A stretch of DNA of 64,000 bases from Blastocladiella emersonii ATCC 22665 (taxonomy: Eukaryota; Fungi; Blastocladiomycota). Both the position numbers and the translations under genes were made by a program. Shown in pieces: positions 20,584-34,097 of the stretch; within the stretch, counting starts at the first letter, position 1, and the number at the start of each line of letters is the position of its first letter. The DNA is taken from the NCBI GenBank assembly GCA_025594325.1, contig JANHCV010000003.1, positions 620,001 through 684,000 on the forward strand, given 5' to 3'. The notes beneath the pieces are model-generated. The model had not been told where the DNA came from and made no database searches. It saw only the letters and a program-made list of their open reading frames with translations.

Positions 20584-23500
20584 TCAGTCGAGCGCCTTGC
20601 GCGCCGCGTACGCCTCGGCCGCCGCGCGGTACAGGCCCTCGGCGGTGGCGGGTCCCGTCGCGTCGACCATGGCGCGGAACCGCGACCCGGGCCGCTGCAG
20701 GAGCTCGTGCGGCTGCGCGAACTCGACAACCTTACCGCCTTCCAGATACATCACGAAGTCGGCGTCGACGACGGTGCTGAGACGATGCGCGACGACGAAC
20801 ATGGTGACGCCGGGGAACCCGGTGCGGATCGCGTGCTGGATCCGCTGCTCGAGGGCCTCGTCCATGGCCCCGCTCGCCTCGTCCATGCACACGATGCGGC
20901 GGGCGACAAGCATGGCGCGTGCGAGGCACAGGCAGCTGCGCTCGCCGAGACTCAGGTTCGCGCCGCCCGCCGCGACCGCCGCCTCGAGCTTGCCGTCCAT
21001 GCCCGCAACGGTCTCGCGCATCCCCGCGTGCTCGAGCGCCGACCACACGGCCGCGTCGTCGTGCTCGCTGAACCGGTCCACGTTGTCGCGCACCGTCCCC
21101 GCGAACAGCACCGGGTCCTGCGGGATCACCGCGATCCGCGACCGCACGTCGTGCAGCGGCACGCGCGACACGTCGATCCCGTCGATCGTCACGGTGCCGC
21201 CCGTCGGCTCCACGATGCGCAGGAGCGCCGATAACAAAGACGATTTGCCCGAGCCCGTCGAGCCCACGCAAACGACGCGCGCGCCCGCGGGGATCCGCGC
21301 CGTGACGCCCTTGAGGACCGGGACCCCGTTGGCGTACGCGAGGTGCACGTCGTCGAACACGATCTCGCCGCGCGCAGGCCACTCGGTGGGGACCGAGACG
21401 AGGTCGAGCGGCGGCTCGCCGCGTTGTGTGCGGTCGGCCATGTCGCCAGGGGTGCCGCGCTCCTGCGGCAGCTGCGTCGCGTATGCGTCGAGTCGCTCAA
21501 CGGTATTGAGGCCGCTCTCAGCGTTGGCGATCTGGAACACGTTGTTGTTGAGCATCGACGTGGCCTGAAGCGCGTAGCTGAGGATCAGGCCGAGGAGCGC
21601 GGGGGACATGGACTCGCGCGCGATCACGGCGAACAGCGCACACGCTGCCGTCACGCACGCGCCGAGGAACTCGATGCGCACCGCGAGCCACCGCGCCGCC
21701 GTCACCTGCAGGAAGAAGGGCCGGTTCGTCCGGTCCATGCTGCGCGCCGTGCGCGCCAGGAACCGCGGCTCGTCGCCGAACGCGCGGATCGTCGAGATGC
21801 CCGCAATCGCCTCGCTGATCTCCGCGTACAGCGGCGACCGCGTCACGGCCTCGAGCCGCTTGAGCTCGCGCGACGTCGCGCGGAAGAAGCGCTGCACGAA
21901 GTAGAAGATGACGAGCAGGACCACGAGCACGATGGCCACGGCCGGCGTGCCGGCGATCATGACCGCGAAAATGGACAGGAGCGCCGCGAGCGACCGCAGC
22001 ACGATGCGGAAGCTGTCGAGCAGCGAGTTGTCGGCCACATCCACGTCCTTGCTGAGCCGCGCTAGCATGCGGCCGAGCGGCGTGCTCTCGAACAGCGCGA
22101 GCGGCGCGTACGCGAGGCGGTACAGCGCCGCCTGGTGCATGCGACGCGATGCCTGCACACCCGCGAAAACAAACGCGACGTTGCTGCCGACCGCCAGGAC
22201 GGCCTGGGCGAGACCCAGACCCGCGTACAGGGCGACCCACTGGCCCAGCGTCCACGAGAACGCGTCGCGCGTCCACCACACGAGCGCCAGGTCGTTGGCG
22301 ACGCGCACGCCCTGCGTCGCGGCGACGAAAGCAATGAGCAGCGACACGGGCAGCCACCCGCCCGCGTACGCCACGTACCGCGAGTAGTACTCGCCGCGCA
22401 CTGCACCGCGCTCGCGCTCCTCGGCCTGCACGAGCTTGCCGGCGCCGGCCTTGGCGGAGGCAGCGGTCGCTGGAGCGGGGACCACGGCCGTGGCGGAGGT
22501 GGTCTCGTTGAGCGTGGCGGCCTCGGACTCGGACGCGTCGTTGCTGAGCGCCTGGTCGCGGAACAGCTCGGCGCCGAACCCGCCGCGCGCCTTGATCTCG
22601 GCGAGCGATCCCTGGTCGACGATCCGCCCGCCCTCGCAGATGAGGATGCGGTCGGCGAGTGCCGCGTGCGCGAGGTTGTGGGTGACCATGACGCGCGTGC
22701 GGCCCGCGAGGTGCTTGCGGAGACACTCGTCAATGACGAACGCGGACACGTGCGCGTCGAGCGGCGCCGTCACCGAGTCGAGGAGGTAGATGTCGGCGTC
22801 GGCGAAGAGAGCGCGCGCGAGCGCGATGCGCGACCGCTGGCCGCCCGAGACGACCTGCGCGTCGACCTCGGTCGCGTCGCCCGCCTCGAACTGCGCCAGG
22901 TCGCGGTCCAGTGCGCTGTAGTGAAGCGCAGCCTCGTAGCGCGCCTGCTCGGCGGGCGTGGACGGCGTGGGCGAGCCGAAGACGACGTTCTGCTGGATCG
23001 AGGCCGTCATGAGGAACGGCGTCTGCGGGCAGTACGCGACGCGGCCGTCGAGGTGCACGGTGCCCGCGACGCGCTTCATCTCGCCGAGGATGGCGCTTAG
23101 GAGGGCGGTCTTGCCGGCACTTGTGCGGCCGACGACGGCAACGAACTCGCCCTTGCGGATGTGCAGCGACACGTCGCGCATGTACACGTCTCCAGTCTCG
23201 GCCGTCGAGTCCCAAGCGAAGCTGGCGCCGTCGATGGCGATGGCCGGGACTGCGGGGTCGCCCGAGCGGGTGACAGTGGGCATCGAGTCGGCCTCGGGGG
23301 CGACGAGCATGTCCGTGATACGGCGCAGCGAGATACGCGAGTCGAGGATCATCAAGTACACCTGCGGGATCTGCCACAGCGGCATGCGGGCGAGGTTGAG
23401 GAGCGAGAGCGACCCGAACACGAGCGACGGGACGAGCGGGTTGCCCGCAGCCGCGTAACTCGCGAACACGCACACGGCCGCGAGCGCCGGCGTGCCGAGC

Positions 23501-24679
23501 CCGAGCCCGACGACCACGGACCGCCACACGGCGACGCGCGTCACGTAGCCGAGCTCCTCCTCGCGCTCGGCGTCGATCTTGGCCAGGAACGGCGACTCCC
23601 ACGAGAGCAGCTTGACGACCTTGATCCCCTGCAGGAGCTCGGTGATGAGCTTGATGCGGCGGTCCGTGACCTTCTGCGACGCGCGGCGGAGCGAGATGAC
23701 GAGCGCCATGGCGCGGCTCTGTAGCGGGACAAAGGCGAGCAGGAACCCGAACCCGACGAGCGCGGGCCAGCCGATGAAGTTGATCATGAGGATCATCGAC
23801 ACGAGGACCTGCAGCGGCGCCGTCCACAGCTGGTGGAACGACGGGATCGCCTGGTCGCTGAGCCGGTTCGTGTCGGTCGAGACGAGGTTCACGATCTTGC
23901 CGAGGTGCCACTCGCCGGCGCGCGCCGTGTTACTGAGCTTGAGCGCCTTGCCCGCCATGGCCGTGATGAGCGCCGTGCGCACGCGCATCCCCGACAGCGC
24001 GGCCAGGTGCGTATACCCGTTGAGCCACAGCGTCGACGCGACCTGCAGCAGGAAGATGGCCGCGACCGAGCCGTACCCCGCCGCCGCGTTGCAGTACGGC
24101 TCCGCATCGCCGCCGCCAGCGCCGTCGCGAGCCAGCGCCTGGCAGTCCGACAGCACGCCGACGACCCACGCGAGACACACGGGGATCAGCAGCGCGCACG
24201 CGTCGCCGATGAACTTGAGAAGGCCGGCCATGGCCCACATCTGGCCAAACGCCTTCCACAGCGCGCGGACCGGGACCGCGAGCGGGATGACGTGCGGCGC
24301 CGGGACGTGGAACGAGGTCGGATTGTCGCCGTTGATCGGGATGCCCACCGACGCCTTGTACTCGGCGAGCGCGGCGCCAAACTCGGTGGTGAAGGACGCG
24401 AGCGCGCGCTTGGCCGAGTACTCGTCGCCGAGCGAGAACAGGTCCGACTCCTCGAGCGGATGGTCGTAGCCGGCCTTCATGAGCGGCGTCGCCCACGAGT
24501 AGAACCTAGAGTTGGCGGAGGGGGATCCGAATGGGTTCGGTGATCGCTCGCTCGTAGGGACCCACGACGTACATGCGCGAGATGACGTTGGCCTTGAGCA
24601 TGGGCGCATCGTCGCGATGGCCGGCAGGGTCGGTGAGGGGCATGTCGCCGCGATCAGCAGACGAGGGCTTGTCCGCCAT
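20584..24679 (-). CDS. ABCC/MRP-family full ABC transporter without TMD0 (Yor1-like); complement join(20584..24505,24573..24679)
   Basis: TMD-NBD-TMD-NBD with GRTSAGKT/SGGQ and GSTGSGKS/IAVIPQDPVLFAGTVRDN/AHRLSTV. The GTACGT...TAG intron gives the canonical ANVISRMFYSW start. Confidence 0.92.
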
Positions 24680-25532
24680 AGCGAGACGTCGTTGTTGATG
24701 TCGTCGAGTGATGGAGACTCGAGAGCGTTCGCACCAGATGCGGTGGCGGGCGGGGATGCAGGGACTTTTAAAAGCCTCACGCGCGGGGCGCCCTCAGCCC
24801 GAAAGTGGGCGCCGACCGACCATCAACACCGAGACGGCGGGACCCGGCCCATTGTTGATCGGGCGTTACCGGCACCCGGTACCACCTGGCCATTGGTCGG
24901 GGGCACGCGATACCGGCACGGACAGGACGTGCGTCACGTTTCAGCCCGACCGTCTTGAACAACGGCCCAGGAAGCGGGTTTCGGTGATCAGAGAGCGGCC
25001 GTGGCGCAGGTTCGGATCGCCAGATCAAGTTCTTCCGGGACAACAAGGGCGAGTTCTGCCTTGTCGCCGAACAAGTTCACCTCGCTGAGATACGCGCAGC
25101 GATGGTCGATGTGAGCACGACCTGCCGTGCGGCTCATGCACCACGGTGGCCATCGCTGAGGACTTGCATTCCGAGCGCTCGACGCTCGAGGGCGACAACG
25201 GCAGCGCGTAGTTGCATCTCAGTGTCCGGGAATGGCCGGAGCCGGCGCTGGCCGGTTCGCTCAGCGTGCGATAAGCGTGAACCACGGCGCTCCAAGTGTG
25301 GCACGCCCTGGTGGAGCACCGGCCCGCGGCCGCAGTCGCTCGTGATGCGGCTGTTGATCGACTCGAAACTCGTCGCACGTGCAGCCGTGTTGCGCCACGG
25401 CGGCCGGTTTCGGGTCGGCCCTCGGAACCGATGCGATCGACCGCCCTCCCTGCGTCCGATCACGTACTCGATCAGCAACGCGTCCCCGCCCGACGCGACT
25501 TGGTGCAACGGACCCCTCTCAAACACACCATC

Positions 25533-26136
25533 ATGGGCAAGAAGCAGGCTGCCGGCGGCAGCAAGGGCGGCGCCAAGGCCAAGCCCGCCGACTCGGACGC
25601 GTCAGCCTCCTCCTCGGGCAAGGGCGGTAAGGGCGGCAAGGGCGACCTCAAAGCCGCTAACTCGGTCAAGGTCCGCCACATTCTGTGTGAGAAGCAGTCC
25701 AAGGTACGCGTAACTTGTCAAGGCGCGAGGGAGTATCGCTGACAACTGGCCGCTTCGACCCGCGTAGATCCAGGAGGCCCTGCAGAAGCTCACCGTCGAC
25801 CGCATGTCGTTCGACAAGGTCGCCGAGCAGTACTCGGAGGACAAGGCCCGGTCAGGTACGTCGCCACCGCTGTATCGCGTCACTCGGTCTCCGCTCACCT
25901 CGAAAGCGCGCTTGTAGGCGGCTCCCTCGGCTGGATGACACGCGGCAGCATGGTTGGCGAGTTCCAGGGTACGTTGGTCCACGATGAACATGCCGGTCAC
26001 CCGCTCATCATGCGCCGTGAGTGTAGAGGCGGCCTTCAAGCTCACGCCAAGCACTGTCGGGTCGCCCATCTTCACGAACCCGCCCGTCAAGACCAAGTTC
26101 GGCTACCATATCATCATGGTTGAGGATCGCAAGTGA
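25533..26136 (+). CDS. PIN4: Parvulin PIN4/Par14 prolyl isomerase; join(25533..25703,25768..25855,25918..25968,26027..26136)
   Basis: [48 protein letters not shown] and [15 protein letters not shown]. Three GTACG...TAG introns. Confidence 0.95.
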
Positions 26137-26371
26137 GTCTTGGCCGATAGTTATACATTTTCATGGAGAACCGCGTGCAACGTTGGTCAGCGCTAAGCAG
26201 CTCAGACCGCGTCCACGACGCGTCACTCTACTGGCTCGCATGGGACAGTACGCTCTGGGCCTCGCGTGCGAAGCGAGCAAGTTCGTGTACGTTAGAGAGT
26301 ATATAAACAGAACCTACGAAAGACAACTAGACTACACTCGAGCCGCCGCCATCGCCACTGGCGCGCGCCGC

Positions 26372-28911
26372 TCATTTCCGGCGCTTGGCCTTGGTCGCGG
26401 CGACAATGCGCTTGTTGGCGCGGAGCTCCTTGCGCATGCGCGGATCGACCATCTTGTAGCGGCCCTTGACGCCCTGCGGGCGGCCCTTGACACCGCGGGC
26501 CGAGCCGCGGGCAACGACGACCTTGGGCTTCTCGTCGGCCTTGGCGATCTTCTTGGACAGCAGCTTGGTGATAGACCGGGCCTTGGCCGCCTCGGACATG
26601 TCCTCGTTGTCGGCAATCGACGCCGCCTTCTTCATCTGCTTCTCGGTCTTGGCCATGGCGCGCTTCTTCTTGCGGTACTTGGCCTCGGCAATCTTCTTGA
26701 TCGGGCGCGCGTCGAGGGCGCGGCGCCGGTCCTCGATGGCCTGCACCGCCTCCTTGGAGATGGGCATCACGGGCTTGTTGAACTTGCGCTCATTGTCGGC
26801 GAACCACGCGGGGAGGTCGGCGTCGTCGCCGAACGCGTACCGGTTGAAGGACGCGTCGACCATGGCGTGCTTGTTCTGCTTGACCATGTGCGCGAGCGCA
26901 AGCGCGTGCGGCGACGTGAGCGCGTTGGGCGGCGGGCCCGTCGCCGTGTCGAGGTCCACGTCCGACATGATGGCGTCGCCGTCCTCGTCCTCGTCGTCCG
27001 AGTCCTCCGAATCGCTCGCGGCGAGGTACTTGGTGCGCGCCTGCGACTGGAGCGCCTCGTCGACCTCCGAGTCCTCGTCCTCGTTCTCGCGCAGCTTGGC
27101 CGCGGCCTCGGGGCCGACCAGCCCGGCGACGGCGTGCAGCGCCGCGCGCTTGGCCTTGGCCGCCTCCTTCTTGGTCTCGCGCTTGGCCGTCTTGGCGGCC
27201 TTGCCCGACTTGCCGCCCTCGAGCTGGTCGAGGTCCTCGTCGTCGGCGCCGCGCTTGCGCTTACGCGCCGTGGTCGCGGCCTTCTCGAGGTCGAGGTCGA
27301 CCTGGTCGAGGAAGTCGTCGCGGTCGTCGCCCTCGAGCTCGCCCGTGGCGCCGCCGGTGCCCGTGAGCAGCGACTGGAGCATCGGGTTCGACGCGTAGAA
27401 GAGCGCGGCACGGCCCGACAGCTGCGCCTTGATGGCGCGGCCCTCCTCGTCGTCCGACAGCACGACGCCGGCGCGCTCGAGGTCGACGCGGTGCCCGTCG
27501 ACGTCCATGGCCTCCGAGTCGTTGGCGACCTCGAGCTCCATGCCCTTGATGTGCGCGGCCTGCGCGGCCTGCGCGGCGCGCTTGGCGTTGCGGAACAGGT
27601 CCTCGTCGACCGTCTGCTCGGTGCCGAGGTCCGACGGCGTCGTCATGTTCATCTGCAGGCGGATGATCTCCTTGGCGCGCTTCTCGCCGACCTTGCGCTT
27701 GGCGCGCTTGGCGCGCGACGCCTCGTCCTTGGTCAGGCGCTCGAGCTCGCGCGCCATGCGCTCCTCGTCGTCGAGCTCCTCCTCGCCCTCTTCGCCCTCG
27801 GCCTTGGCCGCGGCGCCGTCGCCGGCCTGCGGGACCTTGGGCTCCTCGAGACCGCGCTCGGTGCGGATGGCGAGGCGCCAGCGCAGCAGGTTCTTGAAGT
27901 CCTTCTTGCCGAGCACCTTGAGATCGGCAAAGCACGTCATGATCTCCTCGGTGGTCAGCGAGTGCGAGCGCAGCGACGCGTCGTCCTCGGTGTCGAAAGT
28001 GAGCGTGTTGTTGGCGGCGAGCACGCCGACGGGGTCGTCGGAGGTGAGGAACTCGTGCGCGGGCGCCTTGTGGAACAGGATGTTCTCGTTGTCGCCGTAA
28101 CCCTCACGGTGGCGCTTCTTCTTCTCGGGCTGGAAGACCGAGGTGAGCGAGGTCTACATGTTCGAGCGGGAGTGGGGGCGCGGTGTGAGCGATCGAACGA
28201 AATGCGAGTGAATCAGCGAGCGGCCTGAAAACGTACGACAGCCTGCTCCTCGAGCTCCTTGAAGACGTGGCGGGGGTCGAGGAACTTGGGGTCGATCTTC
28301 TTGGGCGCCTTGAAGCCCTGGCACACGACGAAGATCTCGGCCGAGACGCTACGCGACGACGGCGGCTTGGTGGCCTCGACCGTGTCGAACAGCTGGTTGA
28401 AGACCCACATGAGGGCGTTGTAGTCCTTGGAGCGGAACACCTTAGTGACGAACCAGCCGCCCTTGTTGAGGAACTCGGTGGCGAGCTTGAGCGAGTGCAG
28501 CACGAGCTCCGACTGCGTGAAGGCGTCCTGCACCCAGGCGGCACCGACGTTGGGCGCACCATCGTGCAGCACCACGTCGACCTTCCACGTCTTGATGGCG
28601 CCGCGCAGCGCCGACCGGCACTTGTCGGTGGTGATGTCCTCGGCGAAGGTGATGCAGCGCGGGATCGGCTTGATGGGCACGAGATCGACACCGACGATGA
28701 TGGACTTGGCCGGCATGTACTTTGACGCGACCTGCAGCCATCCTCCGGGCGCGGCACAGAGATCGATGAGGACCTTGGCCTTCTCGAGGAAGTTGTACTT
28801 CTTGTTGATCTGGATCAGCTTGAAGGCGGCACGCGAGCGGTAGCCCTGCTCCTTGGCCAGGTGGTAGAACTTATCCAAACGCCCCTTTCCCGTCTTTCCC
28901 TTTTTGCCCAT
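26372..28911 (-). CDS. SPB1: Pre-rRNA 2'-O-methyltransferase Spb1/FTSJ3; complement join(26372..28153,28237..28911)
   Basis: [46 protein letters not shown] and [13 protein letters not shown], plus the Spb1_C motifs [13 protein letters not shown] and [14 protein letters not shown]. Confidence 0.96.
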
Positions 28912-30256
28912 GGTGTCGTTTACGTTGCAGGTAGTGGTGGTGCGGCGACGAGTGCCGGACTTGGGGGTTCCCACGCCGACGACCTGACTCGCCGGTATGC
29001 GTCGGGCACGGCGGCGGCAGCGCAGGGCTGGCCAGCGTGGCGGGCGAGCGAGAGGCGGGGCGCGTATTCAGCGTCACGTGGGTCCGCCTGAGCCGTTGGC
29101 ATGGGAGGTCGCGGGCTGCGCCACAGTGGCGCAACGCGGTGTCAGCCCTCCTAGAGCGACGTGAACGCAACGAAGGCGCCAAGACTCAAAAGAGTCACTG
29201 AGGACTGAATGTGATGGCGCATCGAACAGCATGAGCGGATTGATGCTCACGGACAGCGGACAGGGCTGTGCAAACACGCAGCCAAGGGCGGAGGAGCTGA
29301 ACGACGACGACGATGGACGTGCGAATATCGGAGTACATGTATGATGAACACAACTCAATCGACACGGGCGCAGGCGGGGGTCAGCCGCGTCGCGGTCGGC
29401 ATGGTCAAACCGTCGCGGGACCGAGGGCGAGCGAGGCGAGGGACGTGCGCAGCATGATGGCGATGCGGCGGTGATGATGGCGTGGCGCGCCCGCGAGCTG
29501 GAAGTAGCCGAGGCAGATGGACCGGCGAGCGCGAGGCGCGCGACGTGAGCTTGATGAGCAGCGGTGACGGACGAGGCGATCGAGGGCGTGTACTCGTGTG
29601 GGCGAGGGTCTTTCCACGTCCGCACCACACCACATGCGAGGCACTCCTTCCTTCTCGCGGTGGTGCGGACGAGGCCTAGGCCGGCTTGGCGTCGGCGAAC
29701 CGTCATGGCCGTCCTGACTCGCTCCCGGGTCCGCGCCACAGGTCTTCCAGGCCCACACACGCCCGCGGTCAACGCCGCCGCCGCCTCCGCCTCCGACCGA
29801 ACTGGCTGACCGGTACCGAGCCCACGAGGAGCCACGGCACGGCACAGACGAGGACGGCGGAGGACGAGGACGACGACGGCTAACGCAGACGGAGTTGAGT
29901 GGGCGGGACACACCACATTGGAACGCGGGGGAGCGAGCGTACTTGGCTCGGGCCCACACTCAGCGCAAGCGCTCGGACTGGTGGAGAAGAGTTATAGATG
30001 GTCAATTCCATCGGGTACTCCGAGCGCGAGCGCCCGAGTACGCCGCTCTCCTCCGGTCCGGGCGAGTAGGCGACGCACCACGCACACACACGAGGACACG
30101 CCCAATCGCACCGCGCCCGTACGCGCGCGCTGCTGACCGACTTGATGGTGTACCATGGGACCGCCGGCGGCTTGTTGAACACGACGAGGCCGTAGGACCA
30201 GGACCAGACCGCCGACGAGACGATAGGAAGTTGGACTTGTCGATGATGAGCTCGAC

Positions 30257-30311
30257 GATGATGGACTTGAGGATGATGGACTTGAGGATGATGGACTTGA
30301 GGATGATGGAC
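30257..30311. repeat. 15-bp tandem repeat (gatgatggacttgag) x3.7
   Basis: Direct read. A related degenerate array lies at about 30580-30710. Confidence 0.85.
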
Positions 30312-32559
30312 GTGTTGTCGTAGTCACCGAGTCGAAGCCGAACCTGGGGGTGGCGGCCGCCGTCATGGCCACGAACACGGCCACGCCACCCGAGCGGTTG
30401 TAGTCGCGGGCGGATCGAGTCGCTGGCCGGCCGGCCGGGCGCAGTCGATGTCGACGTCGACGGACAGCCATGGAGGGTACGTGACGAGCCCGACTTGGAC
30501 CACGAGCATGGGCGTGGACGACCCAACGAGCTGGAGCTTGGGGACGAGTCACGGCGGACCCAGACCGCCGACGTGGCGAGGAAGATGAACTTGTCGAGGA
30601 AAATGGACTTGCTGGGGATGAACTTGCCGATGATGCGCTTGCCGATGCGACTCTTGTCGATGACGAGGTTCTTGTCGAGGATGATGGTCTTGTCGAGGAT
30701 GATGATCTTGGTTAAGCGCGAGCGGGAGCGGACCTTGGCCTTGATGTCCGTGTTGGCGTTGTTGGACCGGTCGTCGCCGAGCGCGAGGCCGAACTTGGCG
30801 ATCAGCCGCCGTGATGCACCATGGCCACCACCGGCCCGAGTAGTAGTACCGGATCGAGCCGCTGGCACAGGTGTCGCCGCCGACCGGACCGAGTCGACAC
30901 GGGTGCTGGATCTTGGTCTCGGGGACGAGGCGCCGTGTCGGCAGCAGTAGCGCAGCGCAGGGTACGGGTCTTGATGTTGAGGACCGAGAGCTCGACGAAG
31001 ATCTTGAGCAGCAGGAGCACGAGCGAGAGCGCGAGCGAGGAGAGGGTGATCTGGAGAAAGACACTGGCGGAACGATGTCGGAGCGAGGGAGGATGCGTCA
31101 GCCGGGTGGTCGCAAAGCGCAACGAGCTCTCACGCATTCTCTCTCGAGCGCGCGCGCAGGCTCGATCATGGTCACTGCGCGGGTTGATGGGTCAATTCAG
31201 TTCGATGTCATGGACGTAATGTGTGGTAGTCGTGAGATGGATCACGGAGAGTGAGAGGATGGCGAGGAGGAGGACGGCCGTCCGTTGAAGGAAACGACGG
31301 GACGCGATCCGGGCACGCGAGCTTTCATCGTGGGAGAGGTGCTCCTGCGCGCGCGCACAGCAGCAGCGAAGCCAAACCACCACCACCCGTCCGGCCGTTC
31401 CCGCTCCGTGCCGCCCGCGCGGCGCGTACTTGCTGCCGCCCGCCTCCCGCCTTCGTGGCTCGTGGCGCATGATTCATAATGTGTCAGCTGCCGCTGGTCA
31501 GCGGCCGGGAGACGCGTTCGTGCCCTCGCGAGGTGTGAGGCGAGACGAGGCGGGGGACGACGCGCTCGTTCAACGCGTCGAGGACCATCAGCTGACTTTC
31601 ACGTGTGCGCTGCGAGACATTTTAGTCTCACGCCCTCGGTTGCCAACCCGCTGTGCTGTCGCATGCTCCAGGACTGAACCGCGCAAGCGCCGAGGAGTAC
31701 GAACGCCGAGTCGCGATGGAAGGCGCGTGGAACACGGCCGCGTGAGGTGATCGGCCGAAGTCCGCCTCTGTGGTCGCTCTCTTCACCGACGCATCCAGCA
31801 TACCCTATCCCATGTAGCTCAACTAGATGCAATGTCTCGGTGATCATGAAGCACATACACAGCCGTGGTCCCGCGCATGCGTCTCGGGGTCGTTGACTTG
31901 GACTTCGCGCGCGAGTCCGAGCGCGAGATCTCGACGCAAACCCGACTGTACGGTTGACTTTGGCCACACTACCTTATCGAACTGCTACTTTGCATCTGAC
32001 TTTTGACCGCCTTGCCAAGGTTCACTGCGAAACGTGCAGTGCAGTCCGCGGATGACTTGGTCGAGGCAGGATTGCTGGATGTCGGCCATGACCGCGCTCA
32101 GGCACGGGAGCAGCGCCGCCACGTTCTCGAGCGAGACGGGTGGGACAGTGGGTGAGTTCATGGTGCTGTCGGTGGAGCAGCGAGCCCCCGAGGATGAATG
32201 TCGAGAGGTTCTTGATCCGCGGGAGCGAGAGGTACGTGGTCTCTGCTTCGTGAAGAACCAAACGCTCAGTCTTAACAACTTCGGCCAGGTCGGCAAGTGG
32301 CCGGCGCCAGCGCCACCCTTCGCGATGCCTCGCTGCGCCACCACCGTCGTGACCGTGTCCCGATACCATCCACCTGCCGCTTCAAAGAGAGTCTCGATGC
32401 GCTCAAACCCGTGGGATCGTACAGACATGTGTCGGCGACGCGTCGCGAAAACATGTGAGTGGCGCGACGCGCTTTTGGTACAGTGTTTCAGGGACGAGCG
32501 CCGGCTCAAGTAGTTCCGCTCAAGTCTTCCCGGCACCGCATCATCGCTGATAAAAGAAC

Positions 32560-33827
32560 CTATTGAGACTCGCGGGACGTGAGCCGCGCAGACCGCCGGG
32601 GTCCCGTACCGCCACTCTCGCCCACCGCCGCCGCCGCCACGGCCGATGAGGTTGTTCCATCCGCCGTCGCAGGCCGCTTACGCGTGCGCTTCGGCGGCAC
32701 ACTTGCGCTGCTCTCGGCCTCGGTATCGCTCGCCGCCTTCTTCCGCTTGGCCTTGGCGGCGGGCTTGGCGAGGTGGGCGGTGAAGAGGACCGAGTGGGCC
32801 CAGCCGGCCTGGTCGCCGAACAACTGCTGGAACAGGGCGACGACCTCGCGGTACGCGGCGGGCGTCAGGGTCTTGGTCCTGATGTTCGACTTGAGCTTGT
32901 AATCGGTCGTCGCGATCTGCCACACGTCTACGGGGAGCAGGAAGGTGAGTGTGGAGCTGAGGTCGGGTTGGCCGAGGCGTACGTGTGTCGACAGGGATGG
33001 TCCGCGGCTTGTCGAGCGACATGAGGAGGACTAGGTGCGGCGGTCGACGGTGAGCGAACAGAGCCGGCGACAGAGCCGAGCTGGAGGAACGTACTGCAAT
33101 CGGCGACCTTGGGCCCGATCCCCGGCAGCTCGAGCAGCGCGGTGCGCGCGGCGTCGTACTCGAGGTCGCGGAGCCCGAGCAGCCACTTCTCGCCCCCGCG
33201 CTCCGCCAGCATACTCGCCGACTGCGCGATATACTTTGCGCGGTACCCAAACCCGAGCTCGCGGAGTGCGCTCTCCAACCCATCATCCGCGGCGAGCGTC
33301 TCGGGCGACGGGAACGCGTGCATCTCGGGGACCTCGACGCCGTCGAGCACGCCGCCGGGGAACGCGACGTCGCCACGGCGGCGCAGGTGCTGGACCATGG
33401 CGGTGATGCGCGGGATGTTGTTGTTGGACGAGCAGATGAAGCTGAACAGGTTCTCGACGGGCGGCTGGCGCATCAGGCGGATCCCGGGCACCGTCTGCGC
33501 CACCGCGGCAAAGTGCGGGTCGCGCGCCGACCAGTCGCTGTACAGCACGGCCGCCGAGTGGTGTAGCTGGAAGTAGTCGCTTAGCACCGTTGGCGGGCTC
33601 GGATCCTTGGCGGCGTGTGTGAACGACTGGTACTCGAGGGCGCCGCCCTCGGACTCGCGCAGGACGACGGGGAGAGCGGTGGGCCCGGAGCCGAGCACGT
33701 TGCACCACCACCCGTTGGCAAGGCGGGTCCACGAGAACGACTGGCCACACGTCAGCGTGCGGTCGAGGGCAAGCTCTGCGGCGGCGGTCGTGAGCGGGCG
33801 CCACGCGGCGGACCAGGTGCGGTGCAT
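32560..33827 (-). CDS. OGG1: 8-oxoguanine DNA glycosylase; complement join(32560..32927,32983..33030,33095..33827)
   Basis: TLTCGQSFSW, IRLMRQPPVENLFSFICSSNNNIPRIT, LGFGYRAKYI, HhH motif LPGIGPKVADC and PVDTHVWQIA after splicing. Catalytic Lys and Asp are present. Confidence 0.95.
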
Positions 33828-34097
33828 CGTGTCTTCGCTCACGGTTCCATTCAATTGCATCGAGTCTGCGTGAGCGAACCGGAGAGGCCCGGCAAGAGGT
33901 GGAAAGGAAGCGAGCGCATGGCGCGTATCCGCGTGATGTCTCGCATGTCTCGCAGATCGTCCGCGTGACCGTTCGCGGTGCGCGTGCAGGCTGCGTACGT
34001 TTGCGTCGGCGGACTGGCCGCCTCAGAAGCGCCGGCACTCCCGCGCTCTCTCCTCCCCTTCTCATCAACCGATCCTTGCACACTCCCACCCTCGAAG

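Noticed and set aside
24506-24780. ORF-track N-terminus of the ABC transporter (1398 aa, unspliced)
   Set aside because: A canonical intron gives the conserved ANVISRMFYSW start from ATG 24679; the read-through frame is incidental.
26120-28228. 702-aa plus-strand ORF (likewise 18699-20180 and the many R/A/P-rich ORFs in the track)
   Set aside because: Antisense or off-frame shadows of SPB1, FAD2 and other genes in high-GC DNA.
29600-29680. ECLACGVVRTW as a GATA-type zinc finger fragment
   Set aside because: The second CxxC and the TPxWRxGP motif are absent.
31985-32536. 183-aa minus-strand ORF downstream of OGG1, possibly an LRR remnant
   Set aside because: No convincing motif or codon bias; cannot be supported.
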